A stretch of DNA of 64,000 nucleotides from Arenicellales bacterium (GCA_963457535.1 OY734803.1:334781-398780); one strand, 5' to 3'. Positions 47,499 to 57,669 are shown, counted from the first letter of the stretch. Notes: generated from the letters alone by a model not told the origin. Made by a program: numbers and translations.

Positions 47499-48434
47499 AT
47501 GCTCACCCTGATACTCCGCCGCGTCGGCTTCATGCTGTTCACGATGCTGGTGGTGTCGCTGGTGCTGTTCCTGTTGCTGGACACCGAACTGGCCGGCGAC
47601 CCGGCGACGCGCGTGCTCGGGCAGTTCGCCTCCGAGCACCAAAAGGAATTGTGGCGCGAAGAGCACGGCTACAACCGCCCGGTCATGGTGCGCTACTTTG
47701 ACTGGGTCGGCAGTTTCGTCACCGGCGACCTCGGCATCTCCAACCGCTACCGCGCGCCGGTCGCCGAGGTGCTGTGGCCGCGGCTGTGGAACACCGCGAT
47801 TCTCGGCTTTTGGACTTTCGCCCTGATCATTCCGATTTCGCTGGTCTTCGGCATCCTCTCCGGCATGCGCGAAGGCTCGGTGCTGGACCGCAGTTTGTCG
47901 GTCACCGGCATCCTGACCACCTCGGTGCCGGAGTTTGCCAGCGCGGTGTTTTTCTCGTCGGTGTTCGTGTTCGGCCTGCAGTGGCTGCCCGGCACCAGCG
48001 GCATGACAGACGGGTTTGATCCGGTGCAGTTGATTTTGCCGGTGATGGTGCTGGTGGTCTATGACTTCGGCTATGTCGCGCGCATGACGCGCGCCTCCAT
48101 GGCCGAGGTGATGACCGCGCAATACATTCGCACCGCGGTGCTGAAAGGACTGGCCTACAAAACCGTCATCCTGCGCCACGCGCTGCGCAACGCGCTGATC
48201 GCGCCGTTCACCGTGATCATGCTGCAGATCAACTGGCTGCTTTCCGGCGTCATCGTGGTGGAGTTTTATTTCGCCTACAAAGGCTTCGGCGCGCTGTTGC
48301 TGGAGGCGTCGCTGAACAACGATGTCGCGCTGCTGGAGGCGTGCGCGATGATCGCGGTCGCGGTCGCGGTCGGCACGCAGACCCTCGCCGACATCGGCTA
48401 CACCATCCTCAACCCGCGCATCCGTTTCTCCTGA
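47499..48434 (+). CDS. Peptide-type ABC transporter permease (DppB/OppB-like)
   Basis: 311 aa polytopic protein with the N-terminal MLTLILRRVGFMLFTMLVVSLVLF typical of this family. Confidence 0.9.
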   Translation: MLTLILRRVGFMLFTMLVVSLVLFLLLDTELAGDPATRVLGQFASEHQKELWREEHGYNRPVMVRYFDWVGSFVTGDLGISNRYRAPVAEVLWPRLWNTAILGFWTFALIIPISLVFGILSGMREGSVLDRSLSVTGILTTSVPEFASAVFFSSVFVFGLQWLPGTSGMTDGFDPVQLILPVMVLVVYDFGYVARMTRASMAEVMTAQYIRTAVLKGLAYKTVILRHALRNALIAPFTVIMLQINWLLSGVIVVEFYFAYKGFGALLLEASLNNDVALLEACAMIAVAVAVGTQTLADIGYTILNPRIRFS

Positions 48435-49321
48435 TGGCGCTGCAGACCACCATCACCGGCGCCGAATACGGCGGCGCGCTGGTGCGCGCGCTCAAATCTT
48501 TCGCGCTGTTGCGCGAGAGTTGGATCGGCATGATCGGCGCGGCCATCATCATCTTCTGGTCGCTGGTCGCGCTGAGCGCGCCGTGGCTCGCGCCGCTGGA
48601 TCCGAACGCGGTGATACAGGCGTTCGCCAAGCCCGGCGCGGCCGGGCCCGACGGCGTGACTTTCTGGCTCGGCACCGACCACCTCGGGCGCGACATCCTC
48701 TCGCGGCTGATGTGGGGCTCGCGCACGGTGCTGTTCTACGCGCCGATCGCCACCGTGACCGCCTACACCGTCGGCATTTTGATGGGGCTGGCGGCCGGCT
48801 ACCGCGGCGGACTGGTGGACGACATCCTGTCGCGCATCTCCGACATCATTCTGTCCTTTCCGGTGCTGGTGCTTTACATCATCGTCATCGGCGCGGTCGG
48901 CGCCTCGGGCGTCAACATCATCATCGCCATCACTTTCGCCAGCGCGCCCGGCATCATGCGAATCGTGCGCGGGCTGGTGCTGGACCTGCGCAACCGCGAC
49001 TATGTCGCCGCGGCGCAAACCCGCGGCGATTCCGACTGGCGCATCATGCTGGTGGAAATTCTGCCCAACGCGCGCGGCCCGTTGATCGTGGACGCCTGCC
49101 TGCGGCTCGGGTATGTGATCATCACCATCGGCGTGCTCGGCTTCCTCGGCCTCGGGCTGCCGCCGCCGGACCCGGACTGGGGCGGCATGGTCAACGAGAC
49201 GCGGCAGATGGCGATCGTCTTTCCGCACATGACGCTGATGCCGTGCATCGCGATTTCCTCGCTCATTCTCGGCTTCAACTTGCTCGCCGACGGCCTGCGC
49301 GAAATCGCATTGCGCGACTGA
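48434..49321 (+). CDS. Peptide-type ABC transporter permease (DppC/OppC-like)
   Basis: GTDHLGRDILSRLMWG motif. TGATG overlap with the previous permease gene. Confidence 0.9.
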   Translation: MALQTTITGAEYGGALVRALKSFALLRESWIGMIGAAIIIFWSLVALSAPWLAPLDPNAVIQAFAKPGAAGPDGVTFWLGTDHLGRDILSRLMWGSRTVLFYAPIATVTAYTVGILMGLAAGYRGGLVDDILSRISDIILSFPVLVLYIIVIGAVGASGVNIIIAITFASAPGIMRIVRGLVLDLRNRDYVAAAQTRGDSDWRIMLVEILPNARGPLIVDACLRLGYVIITIGVLGFLGLGLPPPDPDWGGMVNETRQMAIVFPHMTLMPCIAISSLILGFNLLADGLREIALRD

Positions 49322-49354
49322 CGCCCTCCCCCGCACTCACGACCACCACCGGAC

Positions 49355-51493
49355 ATGAATATGAACAACTCGGCAAACGGCTCCGGCAACGGCGCAAACG
49401 CCGCGCCCATTTTGGAATGCAAAGACCTTTGCATTTCCTACTACACGCGCGCCGGCGAAATTCCGGCGGTGGTGGATTTCTCGCTGACCGTGCAGCCGGG
49501 CGAGACCATCGGCATCGTCGGCGAATCCGGCTGCGGCAAATCCACGGTGGCCATGGCGATCATGCAGTACATGGGGCACAACGGCGGCATCACCGGCGGC
49601 AGCATCAAGTTCAAGGGGCGCGACATGACCAAGATGAGCGAGGCCGAATTGCGCCAACTGCGCGGTTCGGAAATCGCGATGATCTACCAGGAGCCGTTCG
49701 CCTCGCTGAACCCGAGTCTGCGCGTCAGCACGCAACTGCTTGAGGTGCCGATGACGCACGAAAACATCACCCGCGCCGAAGCGCGCGAGCGCTGCATGCA
49801 GGTGCTGCGCGATGTGCGCCTGCCCGACCCGGCGCGCGTCATGAATTCCTACCCGCACCAACTTTCCGGCGGACAGCAGCAGCGCGTGGTCATCGCCATG
49901 GGGCTGCTGTCAAACCCGTCGTTGCTGCTGCTGGACGAGCCGACCACCGCGCTGGATGTGACCGTGGAAGCCGGCATCGTCAAACTCATCGCCGACATCA
50001 GCGCCAAATACGGCACCTCGCAAATCTACATCTCGCACAACCTCGGGCTGATTCTGGAAACCTGCGACCGCGTGTTCGTCATGTATTCGGGCGAGGTGGT
50101 GGAAGAGGGGCGGATCAAATCGCTGTTCACCTGGCCGCGCCACCCGTACACCCACGGGCTTTTCGCCTGCATTCCGCTGCCGACCGCCGACAAAAACGCG
50201 GCGCCGCTGCGCCCGATTCCCGGGCAGTTGCCGCTGCCGCACGAGCGCCCGGTCGGCTGCTATTACGCGCCGCGCTGCAACCACTTTAAGGAGGGGCTGT
50301 GCGACGCGCGGCATTTTCCGATGGAAAAAGTGGAGGGCGATGAGGGCGCGAATCATTTTGTGCGCTGCCTGCGCTGGCGCGAGATAGATCACCACCAGGA
50401 AGCGCCCGGCGGCGACCCGCGCGCCGCCGCCGAAATCGGCGACTGCTGCCTGGAAGTCACCGACATGCAGAAATACTACCCGGTCAAGGACAGCTCGCTC
50501 AAGGCGCTGTTCACCGGCAAGCGCATGCGAAATGTCAAAGCCAACGAGTCGCTCAACTTCCGCGCGCACGAGGGCGAGACCGTGGCCATCGTCGGCGAAT
50601 CCGGCTGCGGCAAATCCACTTTCGCCAAGGTGCTGATGGGCCTGGAGACCGGCACCGGCGGCGAGATTCGCCACGACGGCGTGGACATCGCCGAGATCGC
50701 GGTGCGCGACCGCTCCAACCGGCAAATCTCGTCGCTGCAGATGGTGTTCCAAAATCCGTTTGACACGCTCAACCCGAGCCACACCATCGGCGCGCAAATA
50801 GAGCGCGTGGTCAAAAAATTCGGCGTGGAAAAAAACAAGGCCGCGGTTCGCGAGCGCGTGATGAAACTGCTGGACACGGTGAAACTGCCGCGCGATTTTT
50901 ACTACCGCAAGCCGCGCCAACTCTCCGGCGGGCAAAAGCAGCGCATCGGCATCGCGCGCGCCTTCGCCGGCAATCCTTCCATGGTCATCGCCGACGAGCC
51001 GGTGTCGGCGCTGGATGTGTCGGTGGCCGCGGCGGTCACCGAACTGCTCACCGACATTCAGCGCGAGCACCGCACCACGCTGCTGTTCATCAGCCACGAC
51101 CTGAGCGTGGTGCGCTACCTCGCCGACCGCATCGTGGTCATGTATCTCGGGCAGATCATGGAGCGCGGCACCACCGAGCAAATTTTCAGCCCGCCCTACC
51201 ACCCGTACACCGAGGCGCTGCTGTCGGCGGTGCCGATCGCCGACCCGGAAGTGACCAAGCGCGAAATCGTGCTGGACGGAAACGTGCCGAGCGCGATGGA
51301 CCCGCCGAGCGGCTGCCCGTTCAGCACGCGCTGCCCGCGCAAGATCGGCGCGATCTGCGAAACCGAAAATCCGCCGGAGCGGCAGGCCTCCGAGCGGCAC
51401 TACATCAAGTGCCACATTGAACTGGACGAACTGCGCAAGGTGGAGGAAGTCATCCATGTGCCGAAAGAGGAGGAGCGGATTCGCGCGGAGTGA
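49355..51493 (+). CDS. Fused double ATP-binding protein of the peptide-type ABC transporter (DppD-DppF fusion)
   Basis: Two complete cassettes are present. The first is GESGCGKST ... LSGGQQQRV ... LLLLDEPTTALD. The second is GESGCGKST ... LSGGQKQRI ... VIADEPVSALD. Confidence 0.92.
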   Translation: MNMNNSANGSGNGANAAPILECKDLCISYYTRAGEIPAVVDFSLTVQPGETIGIVGESGCGKSTVAMAIMQYMGHNGGITGGSIKFKGRDMTKMSEAELRQLRGSEIAMIYQEPFASLNPSLRVSTQLLEVPMTHENITRAEARERCMQVLRDVRLPDPARVMNSYPHQLSGGQQQRVVIAMGLLSNPSLLLLDEPTTALDVTVEAGIVKLIADISAKYGTSQIYISHNLGLILETCDRVFVMYSGEVVEEGRIKSLFTWPRHPYTHGLFACIPLPTADKNAAPLRPIPGQLPLPHERPVGCYYAPRCNHFKEGLCDARHFPMEKVEGDEGANHFVRCLRWREIDHHQEAPGGDPRAAAEIGDCCLEVTDMQKYYPVKDSSLKALFTGKRMRNVKANESLNFRAHEGETVAIVGESGCGKSTFAKVLMGLETGTGGEIRHDGVDIAEIAVRDRSNRQISSLQMVFQNPFDTLNPSHTIGAQIERVVKKFGVEKNKAAVRERVMKLLDTVKLPRDFYYRKPRQLSGGQKQRIGIARAFAGNPSMVIADEPVSALDVSVAAAVTELLTDIQREHRTTLLFISHDLSVVRYLADRIVVMYLGQIMERGTTEQIFSPPYHPYTEALLSAVPIADPEVTKREIVLDGNVPSAMDPPSGCPFSTRCPRKIGAICETENPPERQASERHYIKCHIELDELRKVEEVIHVPKEEERIRAE

Positions 51494-51519
51494 CGCGGGG
51501 TTTTCCGCGGGCCTTTTTG
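51494..51519 (+). terminator. Candidate terminator: short GC hairpin (cgcgg-N6-ccgcg) then GGCCTTTTTG just after the ATPase stop codon
   Basis: Read directly. The stem is short. Confidence 0.35.
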
Positions 51520-51536
51520 CCGCCGCATTCGCCGCC

Positions 51537-51608
51537 AAAAAGCGCCGCGGAAAAACGCCGGTGAAAAGCGCCGCGGAAAAGTCGCCGTGAAAAAGTCCCG
51601 CGGAAAAT
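51537..51608 (+). repeat. Tandem array of A-tract + CCGCGG-core units (AAAAGCGCCGCGG / AAAAGTCCCGCGG type, about 13-nt subunit and about 26-nt period)
   Basis: CCGCGGAAAA occurs at 51545, 51571 and 51597. An inverted copy TTTTCCGCGG is at 51501-51510. Confidence 0.85.
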
Positions 51609-51718
51609 GACTTTTTTATGGCGATAAAATGATTTTCCCATGGCCGCCGCGGCCGGGCGCGTGAAATCGCGCGGTTTTGGCCGGGCGCGGAATTTCACGG
51701 GGATCGCCGGGCAAAGGC

Positions 51719-51746
51719 TTGACAGCGGCGCTTTTTTCGCTACAAT
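51719..51746 (+). promoter_or_regulatory. Near-consensus sigma-70-type promoter (TTGACA-16 nt-TACAAT) upstream of the amino-acid ABC operon
   Basis: Hexamers read directly at 51719-51724 and 51741-51746, about 90 nt upstream of the ATG at 51838. Confidence 0.5.
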
Positions 51747-51837
51747 CCCCCGCCCGCCATGCAGTTCGCGCGGTCCCTTTTTCAATCTGTTTCACACTGG
51801 CTACAAAACTTTTACATTCATTTAATTGGAGACAAAC

Positions 51838-52860
51838 ATGAAATTTCGCAACACTGCGGCGGCAGCCGCCGCGCTGATTTTTGGCGCAACCACCGCCGCG
51901 CACGCGGCAACCCTGGACGATGTCAAACGCAAAGGCGAAGTCGCCTGCGTCGTCAGCACCAGTTTGGCCGGCTTCGCCGCGCCGGACGCGAGCGGGCGCT
52001 ACACCGGCTTTGATGTCGACTTCTGCCGCGCGGTCGCGGCCGCGGTTCTGGGCGATCCGAACAAAGTGAAGTTTGTTCCGGCGACCACCAAAAACCGCTT
52101 CACCGTTTTGAACTCGGGCGAAGGCGACATTCTGTTTCGCAACACCACCGAGACCATGAGCCGCGACGCCGACCTCAAACTCTCCTTCCTGCCGGTGAAC
52201 TACTACGACGGGCAGGGCTTCCTGATTCGCAAATCGGCCGGCATTAAATCGGCGACCGAACTGGGCGGCGCGTCGGTTTGCATTCAGACCGGCACCACCA
52301 CCGAGTTGAACCTGGCCGACTTCATGCGCACCAACGGCATCAAATACGATCCCGTTCCGGTGGAAACCAACGAAGAAGCGCTGACCAACTACGAAGGCGG
52401 GCGCTGCGACGTGTACACCACCGACGCTTCCGGCATCGCCGCCACCCGCACCGGGCTGGACAATCCGTCGGCGCATGTCATCCTGCCGGAGATCATCTCC
52501 AAAGAGCCGCTCGCAGGCGCGGTTCGCCACGGCGACGACCAGTGGGCCGACATCGGCAAGTGGGTGGTCAACGCGCTGATCAACGCCGAGGAACTCGGCA
52601 TCACCCAGCGCAATGTCAAGTCCAAGGCGCGCAAGTCCGGCGACAATCCGAAGGTCAACCGCCTGCTCGGCACCGAGGGCGGCATGGGCGCGATGGTCGG
52701 GCTGGACGACAAATGGGCGGTGCGCGCGATCTCCGCGGTCGGCAACTATGGCGAGATTTTCGAGCGCCATATCGGCAAGAAAACCCCGCTCGGCCTGGAG
52801 CGCGGCCTGAACGCGCTGTGGAAAGACGGCGGCATTCTCTACGCCGCGCCGATCCGCTGA
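51838..52860 (+). CDS. General L-amino acid ABC transporter substrate-binding protein (AapJ/BztA-like)
   Basis: Signal peptide. GFDVDFCRAVAAAV and family-3 SBP features. GGAGA SD lies before the ATG at 51838. Confidence 0.9.
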   Translation: MKFRNTAAAAAALIFGATTAAHAATLDDVKRKGEVACVVSTSLAGFAAPDASGRYTGFDVDFCRAVAAAVLGDPNKVKFVPATTKNRFTVLNSGEGDILFRNTTETMSRDADLKLSFLPVNYYDGQGFLIRKSAGIKSATELGGASVCIQTGTTTELNLADFMRTNGIKYDPVPVETNEEALTNYEGGRCDVYTTDASGIAATRTGLDNPSAHVILPEIISKEPLAGAVRHGDDQWADIGKWVVNALINAEELGITQRNVKSKARKSGDNPKVNRLLGTEGGMGAMVGLDDKWAVRAISAVGNYGEIFERHIGKKTPLGLERGLNALWKDGGILYAAPIR

Positions 52861-53003
52861 GCGCAACTCCGCGCATGCCAAAGTGACGCCGGGGCGCATG
52901 CCCCGGCGCCGCAAAAAAACAAAACCCGCCGCCGGGCCCGAATAAAAATTCGGCGCCCGGCGGACATGCGCTTCAGCCGGCAAACCCCAAACGGAGCATA
53001 CAA

Positions 53004-54200
53004 ATGAGCGAAGCCGCCCACGCCGCCATGGCGCGCCGCAACCCGCTCTCGCGCCTGTGGAACGACAAGGAAGCGCGCCAGGTGATCATTCAGATCATCT
53101 CTTTCGTCCTGATCTTTGCGTTCTTCTTCATGATGGTGCGCAACGCCGTCATCAACCTGGAGGCGATCGGCAAGGACATCAGTTTGAAATTTCTGTGGCA
53201 GCCGTCCAGTTACGACATCAACCAGTCGCTGATTGAATACAGTTCGCGCTCCTCGCATTTCCGCGCGATGATCGTCGGCATTTTGAACACGCTGCTGGTC
53301 GCCGTGTTCGGCATCGCGCTCGCAACCATTCTCGGTTTTTTGCTCGGCATCAGCCGGCTGTCAAAAAACTGGATCATCAACAAGATGGCGTATGTGTACA
53401 TAGAATATGTGCGCAATGTGCCGGTGCTGCTGCACATCCTGCTGGTGCACGGCATGATCATCAACCTGCTGCCGCTGCCGCGCGCCTCGCTCACCATCGG
53501 CGACGGCGCCTTCCTGAACAACCGCGGCTTCTTCGTTCCCAAGCCGGATTTTGAGCCGCTGTTTTTGGCGGTGGCCGCGCTGTTCCTCGGCGGCGTCGCG
53601 TTCGCGTTTTGGTTTCGCAAATACGCGCGCATGGTGCAGGACCAAAGCGGCAAACACTACCCGGTGTTCTGGATCTGCCTGGCCGCGGTCGCCGGCGTTC
53701 CGCTGCTCGTGTATTTTGCACTGGGCGCGCCGATCACCTGGGAAATCCCGGAACTGCAGGGCTTCAACTACAAGGGCGGCATGGTGCTGCGCCCGGAATT
53801 CATCGCGCTGTGGCTGGCGCTTTCCATTTACACCGCGGCCTTCATCGGCGAAATCGTCCGCGCCGGCATCAGCGCGGTGGACTGGGGGCAGAACGAGGCC
53901 GCTTCGGCGCTCGGCATCACGCGCGGACGCACGCTGCATTTGGTGGTCATTCCGCAGGCGCTGCGCATCATCGTGCCGCCGCTGACCAGCCAGTATTTGA
54001 ACCTGACCAAAAACTCGTCGCTGGCCATCGCCATCGGCTACATGGACATCGTCGCCACCATCGGCGGCATCAGCCTCAACCAGACCGGGCGCGAGATGGA
54101 ATGCATGGCGCTCGTGCTCGCGCTGTATCTGGTGTTCTCGCTGCTGATCTCGGCGTTTATGAACTGGTACAACCGCCGCATCAAACTGGTGGAGCGATGA
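53004..54200 (+). CDS. Amino acid ABC transporter permease (AapQ/BztB-like)
   Basis: 398 aa polytopic protein with the EAA-type loop GQNEAASALGITRGRTLHLVVIPQALRIIVPPLTSQ. Confidence 0.9.
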   Translation: MSEAAHAAMARRNPLSRLWNDKEARQVIIQIISFVLIFAFFFMMVRNAVINLEAIGKDISLKFLWQPSSYDINQSLIEYSSRSSHFRAMIVGILNTLLVAVFGIALATILGFLLGISRLSKNWIINKMAYVYIEYVRNVPVLLHILLVHGMIINLLPLPRASLTIGDGAFLNNRGFFVPKPDFEPLFLAVAALFLGGVAFAFWFRKYARMVQDQSGKHYPVFWICLAAVAGVPLLVYFALGAPITWEIPELQGFNYKGGMVLRPEFIALWLALSIYTAAFIGEIVRAGISAVDWGQNEAASALGITRGRTLHLVVIPQALRIIVPPLTSQYLNLTKNSSLAIAIGYMDIVATIGGISLNQTGREMECMALVLALYLVFSLLISAFMNWYNRRIKLVER

Positions 54201-55306
54201 GCGCGCCGCAATACGCCCCCGGAAAACACCCCGACCTGCCGGCGCCGTCCACCCTGGCCGGGCCGCTCGCCTGGGTGCGCGCCAACCTGCTTTCGTCTCC
54301 GTCCAACATCGCGCTGACGCTGCTGTCGCTGTGGTTTCTGTGGTCGGTCATTCCGGACGCGCTCAATTGGTTTTTCTTTGACGCGGTCTATTCCGGCGAA
54401 AACCGCGCCGCCTGCCGCGCCGCCGGCGAAGGCGCGTGCTGGGCCTTCATCGGCGAGTATTTAAAACTCTTCACCTACGGTTTTTACCCGGAGGAATCGC
54501 GCTGGCGCGTCAACCTCGCGTTCGTGCTGATGTGGCTGGCGCTGGTGCCGATATTGTTTGACCGCGTGCCGCACCGCAAATACGGGCTGTATTACGCGGC
54601 CGCCTTCCCGTTCATCGCCGGCTGGCTGCTGGTCGGCGGGCTCGGCCTCGCGCCGGTTACCACCGACAAATTCGGCGGCATCATGCTCACGCTGGTGGTC
54701 GGCGTCACCGGCATCGCCTTCTCGCTGCCCATCGGCATTTTGCTCGCGCTCGGGCGCTCGTCCAAACTGACCATCATCCGCGTGTTCTGCGTCGGCTTCA
54801 TTGAATTCATCCGCGGCGTCCCGCTGATCACGCTGCTGTTCGTCGCCTCCACCATGCTGAGTTACTTCCTGCCGCCGGGAACCAACTTTGATTTGCTGCT
54901 GCGCGTGCTGATCATGGTCACGCTGTTCGCCTCCGGCTACATGGCCGAGGTCATCCGCGGCGGACTGCAGGCGATTCCGTCCGGGCAGACCGAGGCCGCC
55001 GACGCGCTCGGCCTGAAATACTGGCAGGCGATGCGCCTCATCGTGCTGCCGCAGGCGCTGAAAATTTCCATTCCGGGAATCGTCAACACCTTTATCGGCC
55101 TTTACAAGGACACCACGCTGGTCATCATCATCGGCCTCTACGACCCGCTCGGCATCGGCCGCGCCGCGCTCGCCAACACCAGTTGGATCGGCCTTTCCAC
55201 CGAGGTGTACATTTTCGTCGCCATCTTCTTCTTCGTCTCGTGCTTCGCGATGTCGCGCTATTCGCTGTATCTCGAAGACAAACTGGAAACCGGGCACAAA
55301 CGCTAA
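54197..55306 (+). CDS. Amino acid ABC transporter permease (AapM/BztC-like)
   Basis: [35 protein letters not shown] loop. ATGA overlap with the preceding permease gene. The track ORF start at 53609 is rejected. Confidence 0.9.
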   Translation: MSAPQYAPGKHPDLPAPSTLAGPLAWVRANLLSSPSNIALTLLSLWFLWSVIPDALNWFFFDAVYSGENRAACRAAGEGACWAFIGEYLKLFTYGFYPEESRWRVNLAFVLMWLALVPILFDRVPHRKYGLYYAAAFPFIAGWLLVGGLGLAPVTTDKFGGIMLTLVVGVTGIAFSLPIGILLALGRSSKLTIIRVFCVGFIEFIRGVPLITLLFVASTMLSYFLPPGTNFDLLLRVLIMVTLFASGYMAEVIRGGLQAIPSGQTEAADALGLKYWQAMRLIVLPQALKISIPGIVNTFIGLYKDTTLVIIIGLYDPLGIGRAALANTSWIGLSTEVYIFVAIFFFVSCFAMSRYSLYLEDKLETGHKR

Positions 55307-55320
55307 CCGGAGGTCCGACC

Positions 55321-56082
55321 ATGCCTGAAACCGAAAAAACCCATGCCGAACTGGCGGTCAAAATTGAGGCCATGCACAAGTGGTACGGCCAGTTCCATGT
55401 CCTGAAGAACATCAACCTGCAGGTGCGCCGCGGCGAGCGCATCGTGATTTGCGGGCCTTCCGGCTCGGGCAAATCCACGATGATCCGCTGCATCAACCGC
55501 CTGGAGGAGCACCAGCAGGGCGACATCATCGTGGACGGGGTGGAACTGACCAACGACCTGAAAAACATTGAAACCATCCGCAAGGAAGTCGGCATGGTTT
55601 TTCAGCACTTCAATTTGTTCCCGCACCTGACCGTGCTGGAAAACTGCACGCTCGCGCCGATATGGGTGCGCAAATCGCCGAAGGCCGAAGCGGTCGCGAC
55701 CGCGATGGAATATTTGGAGCGCGTGCAGATTCCCGAGCAGGCGCACAAATTCCCCGGGCAACTCTCCGGCGGCCAGCAGCAGCGCGTCGCCATCGCGCGC
55801 AGTTTGTGCATGAACCCGCGCATCATGCTGTTTGACGAGCCGACCTCGGCGCTGGATCCGGAAATGATCAAGGAAGTGCTGGATGTGATGGTGGAACTCG
55901 CGCAGGAGGGCATGACCATGCTGTGCGTGACCCACGAAATGGGTTTCGCCAAAACCGTGGCCAACCGCGTGATTTTCATGGACGAAGGCGAAATCATTGA
56001 GGAAAACTCGCCCGACCAGTTCTTTGACCACCCGGAACACGAACGCACCAAGTTGTTTTTGAGCCAGATTCTCAGCCACTGA
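55321..56082 (+). CDS. Amino acid ABC transporter ATP-binding protein (AapP/BztD/GlnQ-like)
   Basis: [24 protein letters not shown] and [13 protein letters not shown]. Confidence 0.95.
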   Translation: MPETEKTHAELAVKIEAMHKWYGQFHVLKNINLQVRRGERIVICGPSGSGKSTMIRCINRLEEHQQGDIIVDGVELTNDLKNIETIRKEVGMVFQHFNLFPHLTVLENCTLAPIWVRKSPKAEAVATAMEYLERVQIPEQAHKFPGQLSGGQQQRVAIARSLCMNPRIMLFDEPTSALDPEMIKEVLDVMVELAQEGMTMLCVTHEMGFAKTVANRVIFMDEGEIIEENSPDQFFDHPEHERTKLFLSQILSH

Positions 56083-56180
56083 AAAAGTCCCGCGGAAATC
56101 AAAAAGTCCGGCGGAAACTGAAAATCGCCGCGGAAACTGAAAAGTCCCGCGGGAATTGAAAACTCGGGGGCCGGGAAATC
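56081..56180 (+). repeat. Five contiguous 19-22-nt tandem units, consensus about GAAAAGTCCCGCGGAAACT (A-tract + CCGCGG/CCCGCGGG core)
   Basis: Read directly: gaaaaagtcccgcggaaatc / aaaaagtccggcggaaactg / aaaatcgccgcggaaactg / aaaagtcccgcgggaattg / aaaactcgggggccgggaaatc. The array starts at the ATPase stop codon. Confidence 0.9.
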
Positions 56181-56200
56181 CCGCGCGCCCCCCGCCCCCC

Positions 56201-56229
56201 TTGACACGCCGGCGGCGGTGTGGAAAATT
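56201..56229 (+). promoter_or_regulatory. Candidate promoter: TTGACA at 56201 with a weak -10 (GAAAAT/AAAATT) 16-17 nt downstream, ahead of the FN3-repeat gene
   Basis: The -35 hexamer is exact. The -10 is poor. Confidence 0.3.
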
Positions 56230-56292
56230 AACGCGTCCGGCGGTTTTCCCCCCGCATTTGCAAAGACTTTTTGCACCAACAGAGGCTTTTTT

Positions 56293-57669
56293 ATGTCTGC
56301 GCATAAAAGCATCCGCTCCGCGGCCGCATTTTTATTGCTGATAGCGGCCGCGCCGGGCCTCGCGGCGACCCTCGGCGCGCCGAAAAATGTCAACACGGAA
56401 ACGGTGGACAACGGAATCAAAGTTTCCTGGACCGCGCCCGACGGCAGCCCGGCTTCCACCAGTTACACACTGCGCTGGGAACTCGCGACCGCGCGCAATC
56501 CGGACACCCGCAATGTCGGCGGCGTTACCACCTACACCCTCACCGGCCTGATCGCCGGCGCCACCTACACGGTGCAAGTGCGCGCCGAAGCGGCCGGAAG
56601 CGAAGCGAGCGCCTATGCGCCCGAGCACCCGATACCGCTGGAAGCGGGCGCGTCGCCGAGCCCGCCCGGCCCGCCGGAAAATGTGCGCGCAACCGCGGTC
56701 GCCGGCGGAATTCGCATGGAGTGGGACGCGCCGGCCGACGCGGCCTCTTTTCCGAACGGCATTTTGTATGAACTGCGCGCGCGCGAAGCCGCGGACACAT
56801 CGGCCACCTACGGCCATACGCGCAGCGCGCTGACCACCGCCACCATCCCCCGATTAAAGCCCGGCGTCGCCTATGCCGTGCAAGTCGCCGCGCTGTCCGA
56901 CTTCCACACCGCGCATGAAAAGCGCGGCGCGTTCGCGCCCGAGCCGGCGCTGACATTCACGCCCGAAATCTCCGGCGCGCCCGGCGCGCCGCGGAATCTG
57001 CGGGTGACTTCGGCCGAGGGCGAACTCACCGCGACCTGGGAAGCGCCCGAGATCGGCGCCGACGACCGGCTGACCGGATACCGCGTGCACTGGGAGCCGA
57101 CAAACCGGACGCTGCGAATCGCGACCGCGATCATCCGAAACCTGATCGGCCGGCGGGTCGACGCGTTCTTCGGCTCGGTCGAGGTCGGCGGCGACGCCAC
57201 CACCCACACCGTTTCCGGGCTGAAAAGCGACATCTCCTACAAACTGGAAATCACCGCGCTCAACGACTCCTTCCGAAGCGAATCCGCGTCGGCGACCGCG
57301 ACGCCGCTTCCGGGGAAACCGCGCAATGTTTCCGCCGCGGCCAAAGACGGCGCGCTGCATGTCTCATGGGACGCGCCGGACGACGGCCCCCCGACTCCCT
57401 CGGTGGCGCGGCCGGCGAACGGCGAATCTGCCTACACTTATTTGCTGTCGTGGAAGCCGGTGAACGGAAGCGCCACCGAAGTGGAGGTCGGCGCGCTGAC
57501 TTATTACGCCATCACCGGCCTGACCAACGGCGGCGCCTACGCGGTAAAAGTCGCCGCGCGAAACGCCGCCGGCGACGGCGCGTATTCGGACGAAGTCACG
57601 GCCACCCCCGACGTGCCCGACGTGCCGCGGAATCTGCGCGCGTCCTCGCCGAAATTCGCCGAACTTTGA
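56293..57669 (+). CDS. Secreted fibronectin-type-III repeat protein, N-terminal reading-frame segment (ends at a premature stop after a frame change)
   Basis: Signal peptide MSAHKSIRSAAAFLLLIAAAPGLAA. Then come repeated ~95-aa modules, each opening P(K/E/R)N(V/L)... and containing W.AP and Y.V.V.A. Confidence 0.8.
   Translation: MSAHKSIRSAAAFLLLIAAAPGLAATLGAPKNVNTETVDNGIKVSWTAPDGSPASTSYTLRWELATARNPDTRNVGGVTTYTLTGLIAGATYTVQVRAEAAGSEASAYAPEHPIPLEAGASPSPPGPPENVRATAVAGGIRMEWDAPADAASFPNGILYELRAREAADTSATYGHTRSALTTATIPRLKPGVAYAVQVAALSDFHTAHEKRGAFAPEPALTFTPEISGAPGAPRNLRVTSAEGELTATWEAPEIGADDRLTGYRVHWEPTNRTLRIATAIIRNLIGRRVDAFFGSVEVGGDATTHTVSGLKSDISYKLEITALNDSFRSESASATATPLPGKPRNVSAAAKDGALHVSWDAPDDGPPTPSVARPANGESAYTYLLSWKPVNGSATEVEVGALTYYAITGLTNGGAYAVKVAARNAAGDGAYSDEVTATPDVPDVPRNLRASSPKFAEL

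Noticed and set aside
56081-56180. Whether the ~20-nt tandem array could be a CRISPR array.
   Set aside because: The units are contiguous with no unique spacers, are shorter than CRISPR repeats, and no cas genes are present.
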